64,000 nucleotides of DNA from an uncultured virus (IMG/VR IMGVR_UViG_3300042691_036566) (IMGVR_UViG_3300042691_036566:62001-126000); one strand, 5' to 3'; numbered from the stretch's first letter, positions 43,655-55,287 are shown. Translations and numbers: made by a program. The notes: generated from the sequence alone by a model not told the origin.

Positions 43655-45349
43655 ATGAGTCAAGTTAGAGGTTTAAATTTCGTTTCTGCTGATTTATTTA
43701 GGAGCGAATTAAATGCTCAAACTTCTACCGTGCAAAGCGCACTAAAAGAAGTCCTAAGAGAAAAATATACGCCGGATGCTCTAGGTGGAACTGTATTTTA
43801 CGCAGGAACAGTTCTAAAACAAATAGAATCAGCAGACCCAGGTGAAGAAACTTTCTCCTTGGCATTTATGAATATTCCACCTAGACCTTCAACCGGCACA
43901 CCGCCAGAAGGCGAATCTGTTACTTCCGAACAAGCACCAGTTGCAGATACTTCATTGGTTATACGAAAATTTATTGTATATATCCCAGAAGTTCATGCTG
44001 GATTGCCAGCACCGGAAACGCTACCAGAATTACAAAATGGCCTAGAAGCCTCTAAAGAAGATAAAGAAAAATTTGCCAGAACAGAACAAAAAATGGCAAG
44101 TTATACGCAAGTAGCAGAATTTAATCCAGGTAAAAATGAGAACATCCAGCCGGGTGATGGCGTTTGGATTATGTTCCAAAATGCTAGAACTAGAGAGAAT
44201 GGCTTTTTAATATCTAAAATAGTATCTGAACCAAACATGTCTGGTCCAAATGGAGCATATGGTTCAGCTGCTGGAGGCCCAGCTGGCTCTGGAATCGTTG
44301 GTGCTGCATTTACTGGCGGCTCTGTTGCTCCCGATGGTAATAAAGGTGATCCATCTATGCCACCTGGATATAATGGAAGATGGATAGTTGATTATAGTGA
44401 AATTATTGATACCATGATAAATTCAAAAGGATGTCTATATAGATATGGATGGTATCCAAATTTTTATGAACCAGGAAAATTTTCTGGTGCATTAAATGGC
44501 AAAGGCAATAGAAGCCCACCAGACGAATGTTTAACACATGAAGGATGGAAAAATTATAGTGCCAAGTATCCTAATGCAAATTGGTATCCAAGTGGACCAT
44601 GGGAAGCTATGTATGTAGGACTTGACTGTATTGGATATTGCAGATATTGCCTAATAAAAATAGGAGCTTTAGATCCAAAAGCACCAGGGCCACCTGGTTA
44701 CAGTACTGTTGCATATGGAATTGGTCAAAATAACGCAAAAGGGTTTTTTCAACTATTTTGTAACAGAGTACCAATTGGACAACAAGTTCCTGGAGATGTA
44801 GTTATATACGCTGGTGGTGCTCACATTATGATGGTTGTATCATATCCTGATCCTTCACATGGTAATCATTCTATAGTTTGGGGAGCAAATGGACCTGGAG
44901 CGCCTTGTGATGCAGATATGGCAGATTCTGGAATAGGAGTAGATACCCCAGGAGCTAAATCTTGGTGTGCAAAAAGTAAAGAATACAATCATGATGTATG
45001 GTTTAAACCACAATATGGAGATTGGTGGAAAGCTTTTGCTGGATATTATCGAGTAAAACCTCAATTTGCTAGAAAAGAACTTTTATCAACATCTGGGGCT
45101 TTAGAGAAAAGTGGTAATTTTCCTAAAAATTATGCGAATCAATATAAATATCCTGCATCCGTTTCTGTCCATCCACCAGCTGTAATAAAAGCTCCAGATA
45201 TAGCAAAAGAAAGAAGAGTTTGGTTATTAGCAAACAATCTTCATCAAAGAAGTGGAAGAAGAAAAGGCTCGGCAAATCCGATGTCTGGAACACCAGCTAT
45301 CGCTGGTGGTGGTAAAGCAATAACAGCATCTAAATCACGTACTGTATAG
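43655..45349 (+). CDS. baseplate hub-like protein with NlpC/P60 cell-wall peptidase
   Basis: PGDGVWIMF (gp5 OB-like), Gly-rich linker, GLDCIGY..PGDVVIY..AHIMM. Confidence 0.7.
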   Translation: MSQVRGLNFVSADLFRSELNAQTSTVQSALKEVLREKYTPDALGGTVFYAGTVLKQIESADPGEETFSLAFMNIPPRPSTGTPPEGESVTSEQAPVADTSLVIRKFIVYIPEVHAGLPAPETLPELQNGLEASKEDKEKFARTEQKMASYTQVAEFNPGKNENIQPGDGVWIMFQNARTRENGFLISKIVSEPNMSGPNGAYGSAAGGPAGSGIVGAAFTGGSVAPDGNKGDPSMPPGYNGRWIVDYSEIIDTMINSKGCLYRYGWYPNFYEPGKFSGALNGKGNRSPPDECLTHEGWKNYSAKYPNANWYPSGPWEAMYVGLDCIGYCRYCLIKIGALDPKAPGPPGYSTVAYGIGQNNAKGFFQLFCNRVPIGQQVPGDVVIYAGGAHIMMVVSYPDPSHGNHSIVWGANGPGAPCDADMADSGIGVDTPGAKSWCAKSKEYNHDVWFKPQYGDWWKAFAGYYRVKPQFARKELLSTSGALEKSGNFPKNYANQYKYPASVSVHPPAVIKAPDIAKERRVWLLANNLHQRSGRRKGSANPMSGTPAIAGGGKAITASKSRTV

Positions 45350-45358
45350 AGAAAAAAT

Positions 45359-46363
45359 ATGTTTGAATCCTTTAAAAAAGTAATAATAGAAAGTGAAGAC
45401 GCCAGAGAAATAACATCACCTAATTCTATGAAAATAGGTGATGTACCAGCTAGCGTAATTTTGTCACAAAGAAATTCAGAAAATATAACTTCAAAACTTG
45501 GAATAGGAAATACTGAATTAATTGAAGCTATACCTATTTTTAATAAAGCAGACTGTGAAAATGTTTTATCCTATCACAATTTAAATTGTTCAATAGTTTT
45601 TGGTAGAGACAGACCATCAGATAGATTATCTGGATATGGAGGTGCTGCGGTAAAAAGATCTGCAGCGATAGATATAGTCGTAGGAAGAATGGGTCCAAAT
45701 CCAAAATCTACCGATTCTACAAATAATCCAATATTTACTGAAAATAACTATACTATGGATGCAGCAAGAATAGTTATAAGCCAAAGAACAAATTTAGATC
45801 ATAATTTTAGAATAAGAAGTAGTTTAGCCGCACCGTCTGAAAATTGTTCCGGTATAGGAATAAAAGCTGATTCAGTTAGAATCATTGGCAGAAAAGATAT
45901 AAAAATAGTCTCTGGAACTGATTTTTATGACTCACATGGTAATGCAGTTGGCGTAGATTATCCTATTGGACACAGAATATGTTTAATAGGAGATAATAGA
46001 GATGATCTTCTACAGCCTTTGGTAAAAGGAGAAAATTTACAAGGATTTTTAGTAGAAATTACAGATGCAATGCATCATATTATATCCACTCTAGAGTCTT
46101 TTGTTATTAGCCAAAATGCTTTAAATATGTTAGTATTAAATCATACACATAGAGATTCTTTCTATGGAAATGTAGGATTGCCTTCTCAGTCATTGATATT
46201 TAATGGATATAATCAAGCAATAAGACTTTTAACAGATGTTAAAGCATCGACTATGGAATTAACTGGATTTATTGAAGCCTCTAAAGCTAGATACATCTTA
46301 GTGCCAGACGATGGAATGGAAAATTCAGCAAATATACTAAGCAGTTATGTATTTTGTAATTAA
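45359..46363 (+). CDS. baseplate spike-like protein
   Basis: beta-repeat IGIKADSVRIIGR, QPLVKGENL, NHTH. Confidence 0.6.
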   Translation: MFESFKKVIIESEDAREITSPNSMKIGDVPASVILSQRNSENITSKLGIGNTELIEAIPIFNKADCENVLSYHNLNCSIVFGRDRPSDRLSGYGGAAVKRSAAIDIVVGRMGPNPKSTDSTNNPIFTENNYTMDAARIVISQRTNLDHNFRIRSSLAAPSENCSGIGIKADSVRIIGRKDIKIVSGTDFYDSHGNAVGVDYPIGHRICLIGDNRDDLLQPLVKGENLQGFLVEITDAMHHIISTLESFVISQNALNMLVLNHTHRDSFYGNVGLPSQSLIFNGYNQAIRLLTDVKASTMELTGFIEASKARYILVPDDGMENSANILSSYVFCN

Positions 46364-46374
46364 AGGGAATAAAT

Positions 46375-49300
46375 ATGTCTAACAGCCCAGATAGATACGC
46401 TAGATTAAATAAAAATAATAGATTACCATATAGAGAAGAAAAGCCAACTCATATTTTATCAGTTGGATCGATTGTATACTATGATTTTGATAGTATAGTT
46501 AACCAAGATTTAACACAGCCAGTTGTTGAAAGATTTTCTAATTCAGACACTAAATTTTCAGTGTTGCCAGATTTTAATACTGAAACACCAGTATCAAATA
46601 TGGAAGAAGAAGAGATAATTTTTGACGAACTTACAGACGAAGAATTAAAAGGTCTTACATTCCCAGACGCTCAACCACAAGAGCCTTATGCTGCTGATTT
46701 GGGGATTGATAATAATTTATCATCTACAGAAACACAAGAATTTTCATTTCCAAAAACTGTTGCAAATACAGTAATTGATAGAAGAGAATCTGAAGGTTTA
46801 TATGGTGCAATACCCACAACAACAGATTTAATATCTCAAACTTTCTTTAATGAAACTTTGGGACCACCTAGAGAAGCAGAGCAAACCGAGGTTGAATATT
46901 CAGTTACCATAGTAGAAGATTTTATCGGCATTCTTGGATTGTTTAGTAAAGTGTCTTTAATGTTAGATTCTGGCCCTATTGAATTTTTTGTAAGAAGAAA
47001 CCAGCTTACTCCAATTGAAGGATTAGAATATAGCTTTTTAAAGCCAGTAGAAATACCTAGGATTGGTTATTTACAGGAAACAGATATAATTGGATGGTCT
47101 GATAAAAAACCATTTATTGTTTATTATGATGAAAGGAGTGAATTGTATTACTGTTCAGTAGAAGCGGAATATGATGGCCTTGAACTTACTGATGAAAAAA
47201 TACAAAAATATGTTGAAGATGCTTATTTCACCGGCTTAAGATTAATTTTTAAATCTAACGCTAAGAAAAACTCTGAAGATTATATAAAACAAATGTCTGA
47301 TAGATTTTATCTATTCGGATATGCTAGAGATTGGGCTATAAAACTTAGACCTTGTTCAAATTTTTATACACTTGTAGTGTTTCCTAAAAAATATCTATCT
47401 TCTACTGATTTAATTGATTATAGAGCAGATCCACTACAAGCTGCTAAAGATGGAGTTACTGGTGGCCTATTAGATCCCTCAGTAAATCCAGAAGATATTA
47501 AATACATAGTAACTTATAGTTTTTTAAACTATAATAGCTTTGCTGAAACTATAAAAGATATATCTAAAATTTTAGCTAGTAGAGGAGAGGAGCAATTTAA
47601 TTTTGCCTTAAAAGCAGCTGATCAGTACATGGGTGCTTTAACGGCTGACAATTATTTAGAGTTGATAGAATTAGATTTAAGAAAAGAAGCTAAAAAATTC
47701 TATGATAAAGATAATGTAGGAAACTTTTTAATAACTATTAAAAAATTATTAGAAATAAATACCATAGAACATGATGTTTTATATACAGATGCTACAAAAA
47801 ATAATATAGCTTTTGGATTGACAGATCAATTTAATATAGCATATATAGATATCGTTAGAGATGGTATAGCACAAACTTTTGTAATTGATGGGTATATATT
47901 TGAAAATGAATTTGGAAGTTATGGGGTTATATCAAATAGAAGCGGCTTCTTTTTATATAACTACTGTACATATAAAATTATTACCGATTTAGCAACATAT
48001 GAAGGAGAATGGAATAAAGAGCTTAGAAATAATTTAGATATCGATAAGTATATAGAAAAATTTGTTATTCCACAGCCAAAAGAAATAGATATCCCTAAAA
48101 GAGATTTTGATTGTGCAAAAAATAACATGAAAAAACTTTGGGAAGATGGAATTATAAAAGGTTATAATTCAATAAAAGCCGTAGCACCTGTTGCAGAAGC
48201 TAACTTTAAAAAACAACTAGCTTATGCTAGAGGCGGCAAAAGAAGATGGATAGATTTTGATGCAGAAGCAGACAAACAGGCAGCATCAACTCCAGCAGCT
48301 ACTTTACCAACAACAGATCCTGAACCTCCTACCTTTGGTGATGATACCCTTAGTGCAATTAAAAATGCTGGTTATGGAGATTGGAGTAAACCTGGTCCTG
48401 CTGCTTTGCATCTTCTCAAAAAAACTCTAAGAGAGACAAACTTTCAGAGAGCTTTATTACAACAAATTATTTGTTGGATAAGGGATGCAAATAATCAACA
48501 AGCATTGGCTAATTTAGATTCACAATTTAATAGTGATTTAAAAAAAAGGATACAAGAAGCTTTAACTAAATTTTTCTGCACTCCTTTCATGGATATGTTA
48601 ATTAAAGCTTTAGCTGCTTACAAAGTTCCAAAATTTAATCCTTCTGATATGTCAAAAGCCTTAAGAGATGCGTATGTTACTGCATTATCACAAGCTATAA
48701 TTGAAACTTTCAATATTGCTATAAAAGAGCTTATAAAACTTATGGCTAATTGTTCAAAACAAGGACAAGGCAAAAATTCTCCTTTTACTTCAGATCAAGA
48801 ACTAGGTCTTTCTGCAGCACTAGATGCAATTTTAGATAATCAAGATAATCCTTTTTCTAATAGTTCTATTGCGGACATATATGGAGCAATGGGGCTTCCT
48901 ACAGGAAATTCTGATGAAGACATACAAGAAAGAGAGAGAGCAAAAGAAGACTTAAAAAATTTAATTGCAGATATTGCATGTCTTATGAATCCTACAGAGA
49001 TTTGTAGATTGATTGCAGAAGGTACAGCAACAGATGATATTTTATCTTTGGTCAGAGCTATAATAGAAGCTAAGTATCCAAATATATCATCAGTACTAAA
49101 AACCAGATCTGAAGTGGAATACTTATTTCAAAAATTAGGACAGATTTTAAATATTTCAGACGTGTGCAAAAAATTAGGAGATCAAATAGCTCAAGAAAAT
49201 ACCAATATTTGTTCTACGGAATCTGCTACAAAAGCATTAAAAGATGCTCTAGCACAAAACGGCCTAACACCAGAACAAATTGAGGGTTTAATTGCTGATG

Positions 49301-52300
49301 CAGAGGATGAAAAAAATAAAAGACTTTCCGATTTATTGGACGGTGTGACAAGAACCCCGGAACAATTACCTATGTTGTGTAGAAATGGAAAGCCAGGAAT
49401 TATAAATCCTGCAAAAGTTGATACTAACTATCTTGATATGTTCCAAGGTACACTACAAGGATCTTTACAGCCATATTATGAAATGTTTAATAGCGACTTA
49501 AAAGAGTGGTCAGCTAATATGATTGAAAATCCTAAAATAAGTCTGACTCCAGAAGAGATAAAAACTCTTTCAGCTGCTTCAACATCTCCTTTGGGCGGCT
49601 CTAACGCTTCAAATACTAAAGCTGCAGAAGAAAATAGAGAAAAACTTTTAGCAATGTTAATTGCAAAAGGCATATTAGTAGCAGATTATGTATTAGACGA
49701 AAATGGTGGTATTAAGTATGAAGATTATGAAAAGAAAACTGGGGCGAAACAAAAAGAAATAAACGGAGTAAAACAATGGAAATTGTCAGATGATGCATTT
49801 CCAAAACCAAAATCCAATGATCAATCTCAACAATCTGAAAGTAATGAAAATAAAAATAATGTAGATACCTCAAATATGGTAATTTCTCCAATATTAACAC
49901 AAACGCTAGAAAGAGTGGATTTTCTAGAGATTACTAAAAATTTATCTGAAATAATTATAAACACAAGAGTTAATTCAGACATAGAGAGAGAAAAATTTAA
50001 AATATTAGCAGAAGCACAGTTAAATACAGGCATACAAGATGAAATTAAAAGAATAGCCGCCGAAAAGATGGGTACAATTTATTATCAAATAACAACCGAA
50101 CTTGTAAACGGAGGTATAACACTACTAGAACAATGGGCCGCTGGCACTATTGAAGAAGATGCAGGATTTTGGATTGGTTTACAGGATCTAGAAAAACGTT
50201 ATAAGGGCGGCTGGGATGGATGGTGGAGTACGCTTCTAGCTGGATTATGGGCAATATATGAATTATTAGATGTGTTTATTGCTGATATTACCGGTGCTGT
50301 GAGAACACAAGGAGCGCAAAGAGTAGGCATAGGAGATGTATCACAGATATCTACCGTAAATAGAAGTATTAGAACAGAAGCCGCAAGAGCGGCTCCAGCT
50401 GGAACTCGTGTTGCTGTAGCAAAAAGAGCTGATTCTGTGTATACTGTTACTTCTGGTGATACAATTGTTGCTACATATGATTCCTCTTACGCATCTACAA
50501 TTCAATCAAAAGGAAAAACCTCAGCAGAAGTTGTGGTTCTTGAAAATGAAAAAAAAGCGGCAATAGACAAAAGAGCGGCATATGAAAATTATTTAAATAA
50601 CCCTAGTGATCCAAATGCGAAAAGTGCTGCCGAGAGATTTGGAATTACAGAAACTACTCAACAGGGATTAGATGCAGCCAAACAGGCAGAAAAAACAGCT
50701 ACAGCAAATTTAGATAATGCTCAAAGACAAGATGAATTTTTGATTCCTGAAAATAAACTGGGAACAACCGAATTATTTGCTGGGATAGATAGTTTGGCGG
50801 AGGGTATAAGTAGGGATATTAAATTATTTGAAGAATCATTTGCATTTAAAGCTATTTCTGGTATTTGGACAACAATTTTAGATGCAATAAGTGGTTTGCA
50901 ATCAGAGGTTAGTACTTTAGATGCACAATTAGAAGACGCTAGAAAGCAATTAGCATCAGCAGATATTGCTTTTCCAAATTATGATATAAAATATACTTTT
51001 GGATCTGTGATCTCACCCGAGAGAGCAAGAACTAGTGAATTTTTATCCCAAGTAAGCAACATTAACATTACAAAAAATTTAAATCCATTTATTTCTTCAT
51101 CTTATTTGGAAGAAATAAGCCCAGACATTGCGATGTATATAAAAAATAATAATCTTCTAGCTGGTTATAATGGAAGCTCTAGTATACAACAATATGCTTT
51201 TGAAAAATATATGACGCAAATTAGAAAAATAGATCCAAAAGAAATAAATTATTCTGACATAGAGAGTGAATTTATGTCTGATATATATAATGATTTAAAA
51301 CAAAGTTTCTTTTATAAGAAGCCTGATAATATTGGAAATACACCTTATAAAAATATGTCAAATCTTAAAAAGTTTCAAGCAACTTTAAGAGAGCCACCAG
51401 GAACAAATAGTGATCAATTTTGTGGAATTAATAATAATTCCCTGGATTTAGACGAAATAATCGAAGATGTGATTAACGATTTTAGAGAGGAAGCATGTAA
51501 CAATGAGCCTCCTAATCCAACTGGAGGTAAAAGAGAAAATATGCATCCTACAGAAAGAGCTATGTCTGATGCATTTTTACTAGCAACCTTAAGAGTCTAT
51601 ATATATGATTATTTCTTAAAAGGAATTTTCTTATTTGATAAATATCCTATTGGTATTGTAGCTACTGATCCAATGTTGGAATTTTTATCTAGATGTTTTG
51701 AGATAGAAATGAAATCTTTTGAACCTATTTACTATCAAAGATTTTTAGATCAATGTGTTTCTTACTTCTATAAGAAAAATCCCACTGAATCTAAAAAAAT
51801 AGAAATTAAAACAGGAGAGAGATACGATACACTATCAGCGAGAACCAAAAAAGAAATTTTTAAAAAAGTTATAAAATCGCAAATACTTTATATTTCTACT
51901 AGAGTAACAAAAAAAATCAACAATGTAATAAATGAAAAGAATGCAGCTCCTTGGCAAAGACTTTTTGTATATGGAGATGAAACAAAAAAATATGAGTCAC
52001 AATATGAATTACAACAATTTGAAAACTATGACAATATCCAAGGTCATATATTGAAGTTTTTTGAAAATAGAGATCCATCTGAAAAAATATTTACAGTTGT
52101 AAAAAACAGCTCTCAAACCAAAGTACCTGTTGCAGGCGGGAGAGTGATTGATACAAAAGGAGAAACTTTAGAGTTATATTTTAAATCAAAGAAGATATTG
52201 GTAACTAAGAGCAAATTTAAAAAATCTATAACATTTAAATTCTTGTTTGAGTTCTGTTTTCCAATTAGAAAATATATAAGCGTAGTTACAATGCAAGCCA

Positions 52301-53055
52301 TAATGGCTAACAATGCAAGATTACAAAGCATGAAAACATTTTTTAGTACAAAAGCAGCTCTAAAGGCTAGACACAACTCTTTAATGGCTGGAAATGGCTA
52401 TAAAAATAATAATGATCTTGGTGGCGCTCCAGCAAATGGAGGAAATTCTACAGCTAATTCTGGAGATCAAGAAGCCGGATGGCAATCTCTTCTACCTCTT
52501 ATTTTAAGGCTTGCTGTACAAACACCATGGCAGATGTTAAAAGGTTTGTGTGAAGTAGGTGATCCTAACGTATTTTTAGCATCACTACCGTATAATATAG
52601 CAAGACCTATCACTCTTGCTATAATGAATCAGATCCCCATGTTACCAGAAAAAACATATGGTCCTGATGATTTAAAGCCTCCTCCTCCAAGAATTTATGA
52701 AGAAGGTGCATTAAAAGGATTACCTTATGCGGAAGATGTCATGAGAAGAATAGGTTTTAACATGTCTCACGGTTTATTTTACGCAACACCAGCTGCGGGT
52801 CTTGCATTAACATTCTGTTTTATTCCTCCAACTCCTTTTGGTTTAGCGTATTATTTATTAGGATGTTGGTATGACGATTTTATTGATGATACATCAAATA
52901 ATGAAACAGTAAATACAACTAATGCAATTAACTTTTTAAATGTAAAATCTAACTACAAAGCAGATTCTTGTAATATTGCTAGAATGGCAAAAAAAGCACT
53001 AAAACCAAAGATCGAATTGACAGAAGAACAAATGATAGATCTACAATATTCTTAA
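46375..53055 (+). CDS. 2226-aa virion/baseplate-region protein
   Basis: giant ORF between spike and gp25 genes; no recognised domain. Confidence 0.75.
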   Translation: MSNSPDRYARLNKNNRLPYREEKPTHILSVGSIVYYDFDSIVNQDLTQPVVERFSNSDTKFSVLPDFNTETPVSNMEEEEIIFDELTDEELKGLTFPDAQPQEPYAADLGIDNNLSSTETQEFSFPKTVANTVIDRRESEGLYGAIPTTTDLISQTFFNETLGPPREAEQTEVEYSVTIVEDFIGILGLFSKVSLMLDSGPIEFFVRRNQLTPIEGLEYSFLKPVEIPRIGYLQETDIIGWSDKKPFIVYYDERSELYYCSVEAEYDGLELTDEKIQKYVEDAYFTGLRLIFKSNAKKNSEDYIKQMSDRFYLFGYARDWAIKLRPCSNFYTLVVFPKKYLSSTDLIDYRADPLQAAKDGVTGGLLDPSVNPEDIKYIVTYSFLNYNSFAETIKDISKILASRGEEQFNFALKAADQYMGALTADNYLELIELDLRKEAKKFYDKDNVGNFLITIKKLLEINTIEHDVLYTDATKNNIAFGLTDQFNIAYIDIVRDGIAQTFVIDGYIFENEFGSYGVISNRSGFFLYNYCTYKIITDLATYEGEWNKELRNNLDIDKYIEKFVIPQPKEIDIPKRDFDCAKNNMKKLWEDGIIKGYNSIKAVAPVAEANFKKQLAYARGGKRRWIDFDAEADKQAASTPAATLPTTDPEPPTFGDDTLSAIKNAGYGDWSKPGPAALHLLKKTLRETNFQRALLQQIICWIRDANNQQALANLDSQFNSDLKKRIQEALTKFFCTPFMDMLIKALAAYKVPKFNPSDMSKALRDAYVTALSQAIIETFNIAIKELIKLMANCSKQGQGKNSPFTSDQELGLSAALDAILDNQDNPFSNSSIADIYGAMGLPTGNSDEDIQERERAKEDLKNLIADIACLMNPTEICRLIAEGTATDDILSLVRAIIEAKYPNISSVLKTRSEVEYLFQKLGQILNISDVCKKLGDQIAQENTNICSTESATKALKDALAQNGLTPEQIEGLIADAEDEKNKRLSDLLDGVTRTPEQLPMLCRNGKPGIINPAKVDTNYLDMFQGTLQGSLQPYYEMFNSDLKEWSANMIENPKISLTPEEIKTLSAASTSPLGGSNASNTKAAEENREKLLAMLIAKGILVADYVLDENGGIKYEDYEKKTGAKQKEINGVKQWKLSDDAFPKPKSNDQSQQSESNENKNNVDTSNMVISPILTQTLERVDFLEITKNLSEIIINTRVNSDIEREKFKILAEAQLNTGIQDEIKRIAAEKMGTIYYQITTELVNGGITLLEQWAAGTIEEDAGFWIGLQDLEKRYKGGWDGWWSTLLAGLWAIYELLDVFIADITGAVRTQGAQRVGIGDVSQISTVNRSIRTEAARAAPAGTRVAVAKRADSVYTVTSGDTIVATYDSSYASTIQSKGKTSAEVVVLENEKKAAIDKRAAYENYLNNPSDPNAKSAAERFGITETTQQGLDAAKQAEKTATANLDNAQRQDEFLIPENKLGTTELFAGIDSLAEGISRDIKLFEESFAFKAISGIWTTILDAISGLQSEVSTLDAQLEDARKQLASADIAFPNYDIKYTFGSVISPERARTSEFLSQVSNINITKNLNPFISSSYLEEISPDIAMYIKNNNLLAGYNGSSSIQQYAFEKYMTQIRKIDPKEINYSDIESEFMSDIYNDLKQSFFYKKPDNIGNTPYKNMSNLKKFQATLREPPGTNSDQFCGINNNSLDLDEIIEDVINDFREEACNNEPPNPTGGKRENMHPTERAMSDAFLLATLRVYIYDYFLKGIFLFDKYPIGIVATDPMLEFLSRCFEIEMKSFEPIYYQRFLDQCVSYFYKKNPTESKKIEIKTGERYDTLSARTKKEIFKKVIKSQILYISTRVTKKINNVINEKNAAPWQRLFVYGDETKKYESQYELQQFENYDNIQGHILKFFENRDPSEKIFTVVKNSSQTKVPVAGGRVIDTKGETLELYFKSKKILVTKSKFKKSITFKFLFEFCFPIRKYISVVTMQAIMANNARLQSMKTFFSTKAALKARHNSLMAGNGYKNNNDLGGAPANGGNSTANSGDQEAGWQSLLPLILRLAVQTPWQMLKGLCEVGDPNVFLASLPYNIARPITLAIMNQIPMLPEKTYGPDDLKPPPPRIYEEGALKGLPYAEDVMRRIGFNMSHGLFYATPAAGLALTFCFIPPTPFGLAYYLLGCWYDDFIDDTSNNETVNTTNAINFLNVKSNYKADSCNIARMAKKALKPKIELTEEQMIDLQYS

Positions 53056-53071
53056 AATATGAGGAAAATAG

Positions 53072-53458
53072 ATGAAAGGGTATTCCGTTCAAGTTCCATT
53101 AAAATATGATGCTGGTGATGGTTTTTATAAGATGAATAAAGATCTACGAGAGGTTATAAAGCAAAATTTAAAAATGCTTATCTTAACTAATCCCGGTGAG
53201 AGAATTATGAATACTGATTATGGAGTCGGTGCTAAAAGATTGCTATTTTTTAACAGAAAAGAATCAGTATCTGAAATAGATATGGAAAGAATAATAAGGA
53301 ATCAAATACAAAAATATATGCCATATATTATAATTCAAGATATAGATATAACGGATATTTTGCCACAAGAACAAAATGCTGTTTTTATTTCAATTTCTTA
53401 TTCTGTTCCTTCTCTAAAAGAAAGAGATAGTATCGAATTAATTCTTAACCCAGACTAA
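53072..53458 (+). CDS. baseplate wedge gp25-like
   Basis: IKQNLKMLILTNPGERIMNTDYGVG. Confidence 0.9.
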   Translation: MKGYSVQVPLKYDAGDGFYKMNKDLREVIKQNLKMLILTNPGERIMNTDYGVGAKRLLFFNRKESVSEIDMERIIRNQIQKYMPYIIIQDIDITDILPQEQNAVFISISYSVPSLKERDSIELILNPD

Positions 53459-53481
53459 TTATATTTCTGAGAGGGAAAAAA

Positions 53482-55287
53482 ATGTCTAAAAGAACGCCAA
53501 TTATTAGGTATACATCAAGGGATTTTGATAGTATAAAAACTGATTTAGTTAATTACGCCAAGAAATATTATCCAGATGTTCATCAAGATTTTAATGAGGG
53601 ATCTTTTGGATCTCTTGTTACTGATATGGTTGCTTATGTTGGAGATGTTTTATCGTACTACCTAGATTACCAGGCAAATGAATCATTTTTGGCAACAGCG
53701 ATAGAGTATGGAAATATTTTAAAACTAGGAAAAGCATTAGGATACAGGCCAAAATTAGCAACTGCAGCATCTGGAATTGTAACAATTTATGTTCCAATTC
53801 CAGCCAACTCTTTCGGTACTTCTTATGATAGCAACTATCTCCCAGTTATAAAAAAAGGTACTTCTTTTTCTTCCAATAACGGAAATAATTATACATTAAT
53901 AGATGATGTTGTGATGACAACATCTAATACAGAAATTAGAAAATCAAAAATTAATGAAAATAGCCCTTTTCAATTTGTTGCTAAAACATATGGAAAAGTA
54001 ATTTCTGGTCTAGAGGAAGAAACTACTATTTCAATAGGAGATTTTGAAAAATTTAAAAAAGTAAAAGTAGGCTTTAATAATATAAGTGAGATATTATCAG
54101 TAGTAGATACAAACGGAAATGAGTATTATGAAGTCGATTATCTAACGCAAAATGTAATTTATAGATCTACTTTAAATCCAGACGCTTCGCAAAGATCTCA
54201 GACTCCTTCTCTTTTAAAACCTTATGGAGTTGCAAGAAGGTTTATTGTTGTACGAGAAGATGATGGTGTTTATATACAATTTGGAGGTGCTAGTGATTCC
54301 TCTACAATATTTAATAATAATAAAAAATTAGATCCATCCAATGTTGTAATTAATTCTTATGGAAAAGACTACATAACGGATGAAAGTTTTGATCCTTCTA
54401 TTTTAGTATCAAATGATAAACTAGGAATAGCACCATCGAATACAATAATTACCATTAAATATCGAGCAGACGAAACAATTATGATGGCAACCCCATCAAA
54501 TTCTATAACAAGAGTTGCAAATCCAGTACTGGAATTTCAAGACCAGCAAAATCTAGATATAGGAATGTTAGCTATAGTAAGAAATGGAATAAGAGTTACA
54601 AATGAGTTCCCTATAGTTGGATTTCAAGATGAATTTACATCCGAAGAAATAAAAAATAAAATCTATGGTACTTTTTCAGCACAAAACAGAGCAGTAACAA
54701 CAAGTGATTATGAAGCTTTATGTTATAATATGCCTGGAAAATATGGTGCAATAAGAAGAGTAAGAGCAATGCAGGGTTATCACGCTGGACAAAAGAAAAT
54801 TAACCTCTATGTTCTTTCAGAGGATGATGATGGAAATTTAGTGTCTGCTAATAATTCTACAAAAAATAATTTAAAGAATTGGCTAAATAAGAGTAAAATG
54901 ATAAATGATAATATAGAAATTTTAGATCCATATGTAGTTAACTTTGGAATATATTTTACTGCTATGATAGACAGAAATTATAATAAATACGATGTTTTAG
55001 CTAATGGAATTCAAGCTGTTATAAATGAATTTTCTATAAAAATGGACATAGGAGAACATTTACATATTGCTAGAGTGTACAATGCATTAAGAAAGGTTGA
55101 TGGATTAATAGACGTAAGATCTGTAATGATCACAAATAAATTAGATTCATCAACCGTATCTTATTCAAACTATTCATTTAATTTTGATGAAAATATGACT
55201 AAAGACGGTACATTTATTAGAGTTCCAAAAAATGTTGTAATGGAATTAAAATACCCAACATCTGACGTTGAAGGAAGAATAATTTAA
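53482..55287 (+). CDS. baseplate wedge gp6-like
   Basis: YTSRDFDSIK, DFNEGS, SYYLD, QNRAVTTSDY. Confidence 0.9.
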   Translation: MSKRTPIIRYTSRDFDSIKTDLVNYAKKYYPDVHQDFNEGSFGSLVTDMVAYVGDVLSYYLDYQANESFLATAIEYGNILKLGKALGYRPKLATAASGIVTIYVPIPANSFGTSYDSNYLPVIKKGTSFSSNNGNNYTLIDDVVMTTSNTEIRKSKINENSPFQFVAKTYGKVISGLEEETTISIGDFEKFKKVKVGFNNISEILSVVDTNGNEYYEVDYLTQNVIYRSTLNPDASQRSQTPSLLKPYGVARRFIVVREDDGVYIQFGGASDSSTIFNNNKKLDPSNVVINSYGKDYITDESFDPSILVSNDKLGIAPSNTIITIKYRADETIMMATPSNSITRVANPVLEFQDQQNLDIGMLAIVRNGIRVTNEFPIVGFQDEFTSEEIKNKIYGTFSAQNRAVTTSDYEALCYNMPGKYGAIRRVRAMQGYHAGQKKINLYVLSEDDDGNLVSANNSTKNNLKNWLNKSKMINDNIEILDPYVVNFGIYFTAMIDRNYNKYDVLANGIQAVINEFSIKMDIGEHLHIARVYNALRKVDGLIDVRSVMITNKLDSSTVSYSNYSFNFDENMTKDGTFIRVPKNVVMELKYPTSDVEGRII

